DNA of 64,000 bases from Clostridia bacterium (GTDB taxonomy: Bacteria; Bacillota; Clostridia; DSM-8532; SZUA-474), in assembly GCA_003251775.1 (NCBI GenBank), contig QKEK01000012.1, positions 4,393 through 68,392 of the forward strand, given 5' to 3'. The translations under genes and the position numbers were made by a program. The notes below the pieces were generated by a model, which worked only from the letters and a program-made list of their open reading frames with translations, was not told the DNA's origin and made no database searches. Every line of letters starts with the position of its first letter. Position 1 is the first letter of the stretch. This document shows, in pieces, positions 1 to 8,238 of this stretch.

Positions 1-295
1 CATCTTCCAGGACTATAAGTTTTCTGGTCATATGCTTCTCAATTTTATCGTTTATATATCCGTTATCCAGTGCTTTTATTATATCTTCAATACTTACTAA
101 ACCAAGAATTCTCATGGAATCTGTAATGGGAACAGCAGAAACCTTGTATTTGGCCATTGTTAACTGAACATTTCTCATGGTTCCGGATTTTCTTAATGTA
201 ATAAGATCCCTTGTCATAACATCTTTTATTTTAAGCTGATAAATTATCTCCTGAATAACCGATGGGGAATCAGTATTGATAGGTATATTTTCCAC
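1..295 (-). CDS. CBS-domain protein (5' part only; gene runs off the left edge)
   Basis: My own minus-strand translation from GTG at 295, with GGAG at 301-304 five nt upstream. It reads VENIPINTDSPSVIQEIIYQLKIKDVMTRDLITLRKSGTMRNVQLTMAKYKVSAVPITDSMRILGLVSIEDIIKALDNGY..., a CBS-pair pattern. The frame is open to position 1 and is absent from the ORF track because no stop lies in the window. Confidence 0.6.
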   Translation of the reverse strand, partial: MENIPINTDSPSVIQEIIYQLKIKDVMTRDLITLRKSGTMRNVQLTMAKYKVSAVPITDSMRILGLVSIEDIIKALDNGYINDKIEKHMTRKLIVLED

Positions 296-309
296 AATAA
301 CTCCATTTA

Positions 310-924
310 CTAGGTGAAGGTACTTTTAACCTCGTATGTTAACTTTTTTATTTCCAGTCCAATATTAACATTATTAACAATACAGTTTTCAGATCCTTTT
401 AGTTCTACCGGTGTAAAGTTTAATACCCCTTTGATGCCTAGGGCAAGCAGTTTTTCAAACATAATAGTTGCAGCTTCTTCCGGGACAGTTAAAATTGCAA
501 TATTTATACTGTGTTCTTTTATGTATGCCGGTAAAACATCCACATGGTATATAGGAATATTTCCAAACTTTTCTATATGTTTATCTATATCGAATCCGGC
601 TACTATTTTACCGCCGTCTTTTGTAAAGTCTCCATGATTAATAAGAGCTTTTGCAATATGACCACAACCTACAATAATCATGTTTTCCAGATTTTTTCCC
701 CCAAGTAGTTCATCCAGCCTTTCTATTAAAAGATCAATCTCGTAACCACCCCGTTTGTTTCCTTCCAGATTGAACCGGGAAAAATCTTTTCTTACAAGAG
801 CAGGTGCTATACCAAGAGCATCTCCAAGATTATTAGAAAAGACTCTAGCCATTCCTAAACTTTTTAATTGTGAAAGTATCCTGTTATATTTTATAAATCT
901 GATTACTGTTTCGTTATTAATCAT
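310..924 (-). CDS. rex: Redox-sensing transcriptional repressor Rex
   Basis: 204 aa. N-terminal winged helix (RILSQLKSLG...LGDALGIAPALVRKDFS) plus an NAD(H) Rossmann fold (IIVGCGHIAKAL). Divergent from the hydrogenase operon, which is the classical Rex context. Confidence 0.9.
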   Translation of the reverse strand: MINNETVIRFIKYNRILSQLKSLGMARVFSNNLGDALGIAPALVRKDFSRFNLEGNKRGGYEIDLLIERLDELLGGKNLENMIIVGCGHIAKALINHGDFTKDGGKIVAGFDIDKHIEKFGNIPIYHVDVLPAYIKEHSINIAILTVPEEAATIMFEKLLALGIKGVLNFTPVELKGSENCIVNNVNIGLEIKKLTYEVKSTFT

Positions 925-942
925 GTATTTAATGTACTCTCA

Positions 943-959
943 TTCACAATATTTGTAAA
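943..959. promoter_or_regulatory. Imperfect inverted repeat TTCACAA-tat-TTGTAAA, a possible Rex-related operator
   Basis: Read directly, 19 nt upstream of the rex ATG. The half-site words match the Rex box words TTGTGAA/TTCACAA, but in everted order and with a short spacer. Confidence 0.25.
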
Positions 960-1018
960 TAGGTAAAACTAACTGAAGTATTAAATCACAATACTGGCTT
1001 AATTTAGATAAAAAACTA

Positions 1019-1047
1019 TTGAATTAACAGTTTTTCTACCCTATAAT
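1019..1047 (+). promoter_or_regulatory. Sigma-70-like promoter of the hydrogenase operon
   Basis: TTGAAT (1019-1024), 17-nt spacer, TATAAT (1042-1047), about 45 nt upstream of the hydC start. Confidence 0.5.
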
Positions 1048-1092
1048 GTCCACAGGATAAAATTTTGTAGATTTATATTGTCAGGAGGTATT

Positions 1093-1572
1093 ATGCCTAC
1101 AGAAGAGAAACTGGAGCTCCCTCAACACTTATTGGACTTCATTGAACAATGGAGAAATAAGCAAGGGAACCTAATAATGATTCTTCACAAAACTCAGGAG
1201 CACTATGGTTACATTCCTAGAGCTGCAGCTATAGAGTTAGCGAAGATTTTAGATGTGCCGTTAGCAAAAGTTTACGGTGTTATTACTTTTTATCACTTCT
1301 TTAAGTTAGTAAAGCCGGGAAGAAATATCATCTCTGTATGTATGGGTACAGCGTGCTATATTAAAGGTGCTGGTGACTTAATGGCTGAGTGTGAAACTCT
1401 TTTAGGTTGTGGTGTTAACTGTACTACAGATGATGAAGAATTTTCATTACAAGGTGTACGATGTGTTGGTTGTTGTGGGCTTGCTCCTCTTATTACAGTT
1501 GGTAATGAGGTATACGGAAAGCTTTCAGCAGATAAATTACCTGAGATTTTAGCAAAGTATAGAAGTAAATAG
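1093..1572 (+). CDS. hydC: [FeFe]-hydrogenase NuoE-like [2Fe-2S] subunit (HydC type)
   Basis: Thioredoxin-like 2Fe-2S pattern (CMGTACYIKG...VRCVGCCGLAP). The ORF track starts at TTG 1078. ATG 1093 is preceded by AGGAGG (1083-1088), so I prefer it. Confidence 0.9.
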   Translation: MPTEEKLELPQHLLDFIEQWRNKQGNLIMILHKTQEHYGYIPRAAAIELAKILDVPLAKVYGVITFYHFFKLVKPGRNIISVCMGTACYIKGAGDLMAECETLLGCGVNCTTDDEEFSLQGVRCVGCCGLAPLITVGNEVYGKLSADKLPEILAKYRSK

Positions 1573-2114
1573 TGCATTACTCTCTTTGTGACTCAATTCT
1601 GGATCTATTTCAGAATTCAGTGGAAGCCAATTCTAAAACTATTATTATGGATTTTTTTCAGAACCCTAAAAGTCTGTTTGTTAATATAAAGGATGACGGA
1701 AAAGGGATGGATCAGAAAACTCTGGATAGAGTACAGGACCCATTTTATACTGATGGAATTAAACATAAACATAGAAAAGTTGGATTGGGAATACCTTTTT
1801 TAATACAGACAACTGAGATGACCAATGGTTATTTTAGTTTGAAATCTGAAAAAGGTGTTGGAACCGAGTTAAATATTTCATTTAATTTGGAACACTGGGA
1901 CACACCTCCAATTGGGAATATTGTAGATATGCTTATTTCTGCAATGTCTTTTGATGGAGATTATGAGTTTATTTTTAACAGAGAGGATGAACAACGTAAT
2001 TTAAACTATACAGTTACCCGCAGCGATTTAATCGACGCATTGGGAGATTTATCCCAGGTAACAAATATGATACTCCTTAAGGAGTTCATAGAATCCCAGG
2101 AATTAGATAATTAG
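1572..2114 (+). CDS. Stand-alone histidine-kinase-like ATPase (HATPase_c only; no HisKA or sensor domain)
   Basis: N-box LFQNSVEAN, G1 DDGKGM and G2 GLGIPF are present, but there is no H-box. The GTG start overlaps the hydC stop (TAGTG). Confidence 0.75.
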   Translation: MHYSLCDSILDLFQNSVEANSKTIIMDFFQNPKSLFVNIKDDGKGMDQKTLDRVQDPFYTDGIKHKHRKVGLGIPFLIQTTEMTNGYFSLKSEKGVGTELNISFNLEHWDTPPIGNIVDMLISAMSFDGDYEFIFNREDEQRNLNYTVTRSDLIDALGDLSQVTNMILLKEFIESQELDN

Positions 2115-2124
2115 GAGTTTTCTT

Positions 2125-2523
2125 ATGGCTAAAATGACTTTAGCACAATTAAAAGCGCTAAGAGATGAAACAAAAAAAGATATCGATAGACGAGATACAG
2201 AAGGTAAAGATGTAATGATTGTTGTAGGTATGGGTACTTGTGGTATCGCTGCCGGAGCAAAAGATGCAATATCTTCTTTTATCGATGAAATAAAAGAGCA
2301 TGATTTAACAAATGTTACTATTAAACAGACAGGTTGTATGGGTCTTTGTCACTCAGAGCCGACTGTAGATGTAAAAGCACCAGGGATGCCTGATACTATT
2401 TATGGAAATGTAACTGCAGAGTTAGCAAAAGAAATAATAGTTAAGCACGTTATTGGAAAAGAGTTAATTTCCAAGCATGTATTAGATAGACCTGCATCAG
2501 ATATAATGAAGGAGCAGAACTAA
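2125..2523 (+). CDS. Thioredoxin-like [2Fe-2S] ferredoxin subunit (HydD type)
   Basis: Cys pattern GTCGIAAG...GCMGLCHSEP. AGGAG lies 8 nt upstream of the ATG. Confidence 0.8.
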   Translation: MAKMTLAQLKALRDETKKDIDRRDTEGKDVMIVVGMGTCGIAAGAKDAISSFIDEIKEHDLTNVTIKQTGCMGLCHSEPTVDVKAPGMPDTIYGNVTAELAKEIIVKHVIGKELISKHVLDRPASDIMKEQN

Positions 2524-2525
2524 CC

Positions 2526-4316
2526 ATGGCTGTAAAAAACTTTGTATTGGTTTGTGGGGGAACTGCCTGCGAATCAACTAAAGGTGATGAAATCTTCAAA
2601 GCCTTATTAAAATCCGCTACTAAACACGGAATAAAAGATGATGTACAGATTATCAAAACAGGTTGTTTTGGATTCTGTGAAAAAGGTCCAATTGTTAAAG
2701 TTCTTCCTGAAGAGGAATTTTATGTGGAAGTTACACCTGAGGATGCAGAAGATATTATTGCTGAAACAGTTGTAAAAGGTAGAACAGTTGAAAGATTAGC
2801 GTATAAAGATGCATCTACAAAAGGTTCTGTGTCTTCAGAAAAGATTAAATTCTACCAAAAACAGTATCGAGTTGTTTTAAGAAACTGTGGTTTAATTAAC
2901 CCGGAAGATATAAATGAGTATATTGCAAGAGATGGTTACCTGGCATTAGAAAAGTGTTTAACAGGTGAATTAACTCCTGATTCAGTTATCGAACATTTAA
3001 AAGTTTCTGGTTTAAGAGGTCGAGGTGGAGCTGGTTTCCCAACTTGGTTAAAATGGAACTTCTCAAAAAATGTTACTGCTGATCAGAAATATGTTGTTTG
3101 TAATGCCGATGAGGGAGACCCGGGTGCATATATGGACCGATCAACTTGTGAGGGTGACCCGCACTCAATAATTGAAGCAATGGCTATTGCCGGTTTCACA
3201 TGTGGTGCAGACACAGGTTATATATATATTAGAGCAGAGTATCCTCTAGCAATTGAAAGATTAAATATTGCTATTGAGCAGGCTAAAGAGGCTGGTCTTT
3301 TAGGTGATAACATTCTTGGATCAGACTTCTCATTTAACCTTGAAATCAGACTTGGTGCCGGTGCATTCGTTTGTGGTGAAGAGACAGCTCTATTAGCTTC
3401 TATTGAAGGTAAAAGAGGTATGCCAATTCCTAAACCACCATTTCCAGCAGTAAAAGGTCTATGGGGTAAACCATCAATTATTAACAATGTTGAAACTTTT
3501 GCTAACATTCCTGTAATTTTAACAAAAGGTGGAGCATGGTTTAAATCCATTGGTACAGCTGGATCTCCAGGAACAAAGGTATTTGCATTAACTGGTCAGA
3601 TTGAGAATTCCGGACTTGTTGAGGTACCAATGGGTACAACTTTAAGAGACATTGTTTTTGATATCGGTGGTGGTATTAAAAATGGTAGAAAATTTAAAGC
3701 TGTACAAACAGGTGGACCATCAGGTGGTGTTATTACTGAGCAGTTCCTTGATACTCCTATTGATTTCGATACATTAACATCAATCGGTTCAATGATGGGT
3801 TCTGGTGGTATGATCGTAATGTCAGAAGATGACTGTATCGTAGACGTTACAAAATTCTACCTTGAGTTCTGTGTTGAAGAGTCATGTGGTAAGTGTTCTC
3901 CATGTCGAATCGGTACAAAGAAAATGCATGAGATCCTTGAAAAAATAACATCTGGAAAAGGTGAAATGGATGATATCCAAAAACTTAAGGATATTGGTAA
4001 AGCAATGAAAACTGCTTCACTTTGTGGTCTTGGTCAAACAGCTGCAAACCCTGTATTATCTACACTTAAATACTTTGAAGATGAGTATTTAGAGCATATT
4101 CAGGATGGAAAATGTAGAGCAGGTAGTTGTAAAGATCTTATGCAGTATAAAGTTGTTACTGAAAAATGTATCGGATGTACTGTATGTGCTAGAAAGTGTC
4201 CTGTTAACTGTATTGAAGGTGAGAGAAAAGCTCCACATTTCATCGTTCAGGAAAAATGTGTTAAGTGTGGTGCTTGTTACGAGGCATGTAAATTTGACGC
4301 GATTACTATAAGCTAG
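2526..4316 (+). CDS. hydB: [FeFe]-hydrogenase NuoF-like flavoprotein subunit (NAD(H)/FMN binding, HydB type)
   Basis: 596 aa. N-terminal 2Fe-2S domain, GLRGRGGAGFPT FMN/NADH motifs, ESCGKCSPCR 4Fe-4S motif, and a C-terminal 2x[4Fe-4S] ferredoxin (CIGCTVCARKCP, CVKCGACYEAC). Confidence 0.95.
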   Translation: MAVKNFVLVCGGTACESTKGDEIFKALLKSATKHGIKDDVQIIKTGCFGFCEKGPIVKVLPEEEFYVEVTPEDAEDIIAETVVKGRTVERLAYKDASTKGSVSSEKIKFYQKQYRVVLRNCGLINPEDINEYIARDGYLALEKCLTGELTPDSVIEHLKVSGLRGRGGAGFPTWLKWNFSKNVTADQKYVVCNADEGDPGAYMDRSTCEGDPHSIIEAMAIAGFTCGADTGYIYIRAEYPLAIERLNIAIEQAKEAGLLGDNILGSDFSFNLEIRLGAGAFVCGEETALLASIEGKRGMPIPKPPFPAVKGLWGKPSIINNVETFANIPVILTKGGAWFKSIGTAGSPGTKVFALTGQIENSGLVEVPMGTTLRDIVFDIGGGIKNGRKFKAVQTGGPSGGVITEQFLDTPIDFDTLTSIGSMMGSGGMIVMSEDDCIVDVTKFYLEFCVEESCGKCSPCRIGTKKMHEILEKITSGKGEMDDIQKLKDIGKAMKTASLCGLGQTAANPVLSTLKYFEDEYLEHIQDGKCRAGSCKDLMQYKVVTEKCIGCTVCARKCPVNCIEGERKAPHFIVQEKCVKCGACYEACKFDAITIS

Positions 4317-4333
4317 GCAAAGGGAGATTTTAA

Positions 4334-6079
4334 GTGGCTATTGTAAATATTAAAATAAACGGACTGCCTGTAGAAGTTGAAGAAGGAACAAAAATCCTTA
4401 AAGCAGCTAAAAAGGCAGGGGTAAATATACCAGTACTATGTGAGCACTCGGATCTTGAGCCTTGGGCTGCCTGTGGTATCTGTATTGTAAAAGTGGAAGG
4501 TTCTCCAAAATTAATTAGAGCTTGTGCAACAGATGTTGTTGAAGGTCAAAATTATATCACTCACGATCCTGAACTACAGGAAGTAAGAAGAACAGTATTA
4601 GAGTTAATTATCTCTAACCATCCACTTGAGTGTTTAAACTGTGCCAGAAATGGTGTTTGTGAACTTCAAAATCTTGCAGAGGATTTTTGTATTAGAGAAG
4701 TTCCATTTGAATCAGGAGTTAAGGATTTACCAAGAGATGAATCTACAACTTCTTTAGTTTTTGATCCTAGAAAATGTGTAAACTGTGGAAGATGTGTTCA
4801 GGTATGTCAGCAGTTACAGGATGTATGGGCCCTTGAATTTATTGGTAGAGGTGATGAAACATTAATGACTGCGGCTGGTGGTGCTTTAATGTCAGAGTCT
4901 CCATGTATCAAGTGTGGTCAATGTTCTGCGCACTGTCCTGTTGGTGCAATCTATGAAAAAGATGAAACTAAAGAGTTCCTTAAAATGATAGGTTCAGATA
5001 AACATGTAGCTGTACAAATTGCACCTGCAGTTAGGGTTGCAATCGGTGAGATGTTTGGAATGGAGCCAGGTGAGATAACTACTGGCAAAATTTATGCGGC
5101 ATTAAGAAGACTAGGTGTTGATGCTGTATTTGATACTAACTTTGCAGCTGACTTAACTATAATGGAAGAGGGTTCTGAACTTGTAGAGAGAGTAACAAAA
5201 GGTGGAATTCTTCCACAAATTACTTCATGTTGTCCAGCATGGACAGATTATATGGAGAAATACTTCTCAGATATGATTCCTCACTTCTCAACAGCTAAAT
5301 CTCCAATGATGATGCAGGGAGCAGTTACAAAGACATATTACGCAGAGAAAATGAACATTGATCCTGCTACTATAGCATCTGTTGCTATTATGCCATGTAC
5401 AGCTAAAAAGTATGAGATTTCAAGAGATGATAACATGCAGGCATCAGGATATAATGATGTCGACCTTGTTTTAACAACAAGAGAGCTTGGTCGATTAATT
5501 AAATCTGCAGGTATTGATTTCGTTAACCTACCGGATGAAAAAGCAGACAGCCCAATTGGTGCTTATGCTGGTGCAGGTACAATCTTTGGAGTAACTGGTG
5601 GTGTTATGGAAGCAGCTGTAAGAACTGCACATAAACTTGTAACTGGTGAAGAGATAAAAGATGTTAACATTACTGCTGTTCGTGGTGCTGAAAATGTAAA
5701 AGTAGGTGAAGTAACACTTGGTGATGCTAAGCTAAAAGTAGCAGTTGCTCATGGTATGGCTAATGTTAGGGATATTATGAACGAAGTAAGAGCTGCAAAA
5801 GCTGCGGGACAGGAACCTCCATACCACTTTATTGAAGTTATGGCTTGTAAAGGTGGTTGTATCGCTGGTGGTGGTCAGCCTTACGGAACAAATGATGTTG
5901 TAAGAGCAAAAAGAACAGCTGGTATTTACTCAGATGATGAAAAATCAGTTGTAAGATGTTCACACCAAAACCCTGAAATTATTCAGATCTACAAAGATTA
6001 TCTTGGTGAACCGTGTAGCCATAAAGCACATGATTTACTACACACAAAATATCAGGAAAGACCATTATATACAAAATAG
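4334..6079 (+). CDS. hydA: [FeFe]-hydrogenase catalytic subunit, group A3 architecture
   Basis: H-cluster motifs TSCCPAW, MPCTAKKYE and EVMACKGGCIAGGGQP. N-terminal 2Fe-2S and several 4Fe-4S Cys clusters. GTG start with AGGGAG 7 nt upstream. Confidence 0.95.
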   Translation: MAIVNIKINGLPVEVEEGTKILKAAKKAGVNIPVLCEHSDLEPWAACGICIVKVEGSPKLIRACATDVVEGQNYITHDPELQEVRRTVLELIISNHPLECLNCARNGVCELQNLAEDFCIREVPFESGVKDLPRDESTTSLVFDPRKCVNCGRCVQVCQQLQDVWALEFIGRGDETLMTAAGGALMSESPCIKCGQCSAHCPVGAIYEKDETKEFLKMIGSDKHVAVQIAPAVRVAIGEMFGMEPGEITTGKIYAALRRLGVDAVFDTNFAADLTIMEEGSELVERVTKGGILPQITSCCPAWTDYMEKYFSDMIPHFSTAKSPMMMQGAVTKTYYAEKMNIDPATIASVAIMPCTAKKYEISRDDNMQASGYNDVDLVLTTRELGRLIKSAGIDFVNLPDEKADSPIGAYAGAGTIFGVTGGVMEAAVRTAHKLVTGEEIKDVNITAVRGAENVKVGEVTLGDAKLKVAVAHGMANVRDIMNEVRAAKAAGQEPPYHFIEVMACKGGCIAGGGQPYGTNDVVRAKRTAGIYSDDEKSVVRCSHQNPEIIQIYKDYLGEPCSHKAHDLLHTKYQERPLYTK

Positions 6080-6100
6080 TCTAACTTGTTTTAAAGAAAA

Positions 6101-6125
6101 AGGCTCCTTCGGGAGTCTTTTTTTT
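6101..6125 (+). terminator. Intrinsic terminator of the hydrogenase operon
   Basis: AGGCTCC-TTCG-GGAGTCT hairpin (7 bp, one G-U pair, UUCG loop) running into a T8 tract. Confidence 0.75.
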
Positions 6126-6248
6126 CCTCTATTGATAGAAGATTGAACTCACTGTTTTTTAATTAGGATAATGTTAAAAAACTTTTTTATATAAGATAAA
6201 ATTATTTAGAAGCTGTTGCTGATATATAATAATGATCTATAATAAAAT

Positions 6249-6464
6249 ATGAATAATCCTGACTGTACAAAATGTAAACACTACTATATTACACTGGATG
6301 AGCGTTTTCCTAAAGCCTGCAGAATTTTTAATATTAAAGGAAAAGTTTTACCAAGTATTGATGTAAAGAGATACACGGGTCACAGATGTCCTGTTTTTGA
6401 ACAGAGAGAAAAAGTTAAAAAAGATATAATAATATCCGATAAAATAGTGGACACTTTTGCATGA
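6249..6464 (+). CDS. Small Cys/His-rich protein of unknown function
   Basis: 71 aa with CTKC...C...HRC spacing that suggests a metal-binding knuckle. I assign no function. Confidence 0.45.
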   Translation: MNNPDCTKCKHYYITLDERFPKACRIFNIKGKVLPSIDVKRYTGHRCPVFEQREKVKKDIIISDKIVDTFA

Positions 6465-6522
6465 TTAACTTACTTGACCGTTAATAATCCTGAGAGTAAA
6501 ATGAAAATTAAGGAGCATATAA

Positions 6523-7362
6523 GTGCAGTTTAGACCCTATGGAGACACAGGTAGAGTTTTATCGTGTCTGGGAGTAGAGATATCAAGTAATATAAAAAAT
6601 CAGAAACAGTATAATCAAATTCTGGAGAGGGCAGTAGCCAGGGGAATCAACTATATACAGTATGATTACAGAATATTTAGAAGATTTATCGATTTAAAAC
6701 AGGGGTTGGATAACGTATCAAACTCAAGCAGTATAGATATAGGAATTGTTGTTCCATCAAGTATTATTAAAATTAAACAGATACTGGCTATGGCAACAAA
6801 ACAACTGGATGTGTCATCCATAGATTTCCTTATTATTGATAGTAAAATTTCAGAGTCATTTCTTGTATCAAAGTTGCTGACATTTCTAAAAAAAGATAAC
6901 AGAGTAAGACACGTTCTGGCATCAGTTTCGGATGTTCATAAAGATATTGATAAACTGGAGAACACCGAGGGGTTAGAAGGTGTAAATTTTACCGGTTATT
7001 CAGTATTAAAGGCATTGAAAAAAGATTACTCTTATAATACTCATAAGGGAATTACGGTTCAGAATATCTTTTCTGGTGATAAGTATAAGGCTGAGAATTC
7101 CCTTATTTTTATTGCAAAAGCTCTTTCTATAAGTGATATAAATTTAATTACCCACAGATTTATTAACGGTAAGGAAGTAGATTTTGTAATAGATTTTATT
7201 GAAAAAGAAGAAGTTTATAAAGGTAAAGATATAACTGATGCACAAATTCTGGAACATGTACATAAGGTACACTATTATGAAGTTCTTAAAGGGCAGAAAT
7301 CTCTTATTAAAAAGATAAAATCAATTTTTAGAAAGAAAAGAAGGATAATCAATGCTAAATAA
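6523..7362 (+). CDS. Hypothetical protein (weak aldo/keto-reductase-like N-terminus)
   Basis: 279 aa, GTG start. The N-terminus FRPYGDTGRVLSCLG...ARGINYIQYDY resembles the start of aldo/keto reductases. The rest is unrecognisable. Confidence 0.4.
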   Translation: MQFRPYGDTGRVLSCLGVEISSNIKNQKQYNQILERAVARGINYIQYDYRIFRRFIDLKQGLDNVSNSSSIDIGIVVPSSIIKIKQILAMATKQLDVSSIDFLIIDSKISESFLVSKLLTFLKKDNRVRHVLASVSDVHKDIDKLENTEGLEGVNFTGYSVLKALKKDYSYNTHKGITVQNIFSGDKYKAENSLIFIAKALSISDINLITHRFINGKEVDFVIDFIEKEEVYKGKDITDAQILEHVHKVHYYEVLKGQKSLIKKIKSIFRKKRRIINAK

Positions 7363-8164
7363 AGCCAGCCATTTCATAATATTAGGTGCACTTCTAATAG
7401 CTTCAACTTTTTTTGATGGACTTTTTTTATATACATTAGCAGCTTCAATTTTAATAACTCTTTTTTTTAAACGAGGATACATCTATTTTATTAGAGCAAA
7501 TCGACAAATTATTCAAAATAATGATGATGCCGGCTATAGGTTATTAAAAAAAGCCTACTTGGTTGGAGGTATTCCATTCTCAGTTTACAGCGGATATATC
7601 TATTTATCATTAAAATTCGGTTATCTTGATAATGCAGGAGTGGCCATTGATGAGATTTTATCCGGAAAAAAAATAGAAAAACTTAAAGATAGCCAAAGAA
7701 AAACTATTTTAACCCAAAAAGCACTATATCTGTGGAAAAGAGATTTACTGGATAGTGCTATAAAACTTTTAGATGAACTATACGAGAGTGGTTACAAAAA
7801 TACAGCCTATTATCAAAATTATGGTTTCCTGATTTATGAATCTGGGGAGTTGGAAAAGGCTTTAAAAATTAGCCTCGAGGGATTGGATTTTAGTGGTTCC
7901 GATAAGGTTATTCTTGATAACCTTGTTGCAACTTATATTGCAATGGATAATTATTCTGATGCTGATAAATACTGCCAGGAGTTAATGGAACTGAACCCCT
8001 CTTTTGCAGAAGCCTATTTCCATGGTGCTATAATTGAGGCAAACAAGGGAAATATTGATAAGTCTCTGGAGTTAATTGATAGGTGCAGAAGCTGTAAAAT
8101 AACCCAACTCTCCTCAGTATCACAGGATGAGATAGATGATCTGGAATCTAAAATAAAGAATTGA
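7352..8164 (+). CDS. TPR-repeat protein with an N-terminal membrane anchor
   Basis: Hydrophobic N-terminus followed by TPR-like A/Y/L periodicity (AEAYFHGAIIEANKGNIDKSLELIDR). Overlaps the upstream gene by 11 nt. Confidence 0.65.
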   Translation: MLNKASHFIILGALLIASTFFDGLFLYTLAASILITLFFKRGYIYFIRANRQIIQNNDDAGYRLLKKAYLVGGIPFSVYSGYIYLSLKFGYLDNAGVAIDEILSGKKIEKLKDSQRKTILTQKALYLWKRDLLDSAIKLLDELYESGYKNTAYYQNYGFLIYESGELEKALKISLEGLDFSGSDKVILDNLVATYIAMDNYSDADKYCQELMELNPSFAEAYFHGAIIEANKGNIDKSLELIDRCRSCKITQLSSVSQDEIDDLESKIKN

Positions 8165-8238
8165 AGTGTAAATTACATAATTTGTTACCAAATATATTAT
8201 AATTATAATATAAATCTTGCTTATGAAAGGAGCTTGGT

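Noticed and set aside
3218-3550. 110-aa antisense ORF inside hydB, and the +frame ORF at 4105-4311
   Set aside because: It lies entirely within a strongly supported Fe-S flavoprotein gene. Its composition is low-complexity and it has no RBS. This is a typical shadow ORF.
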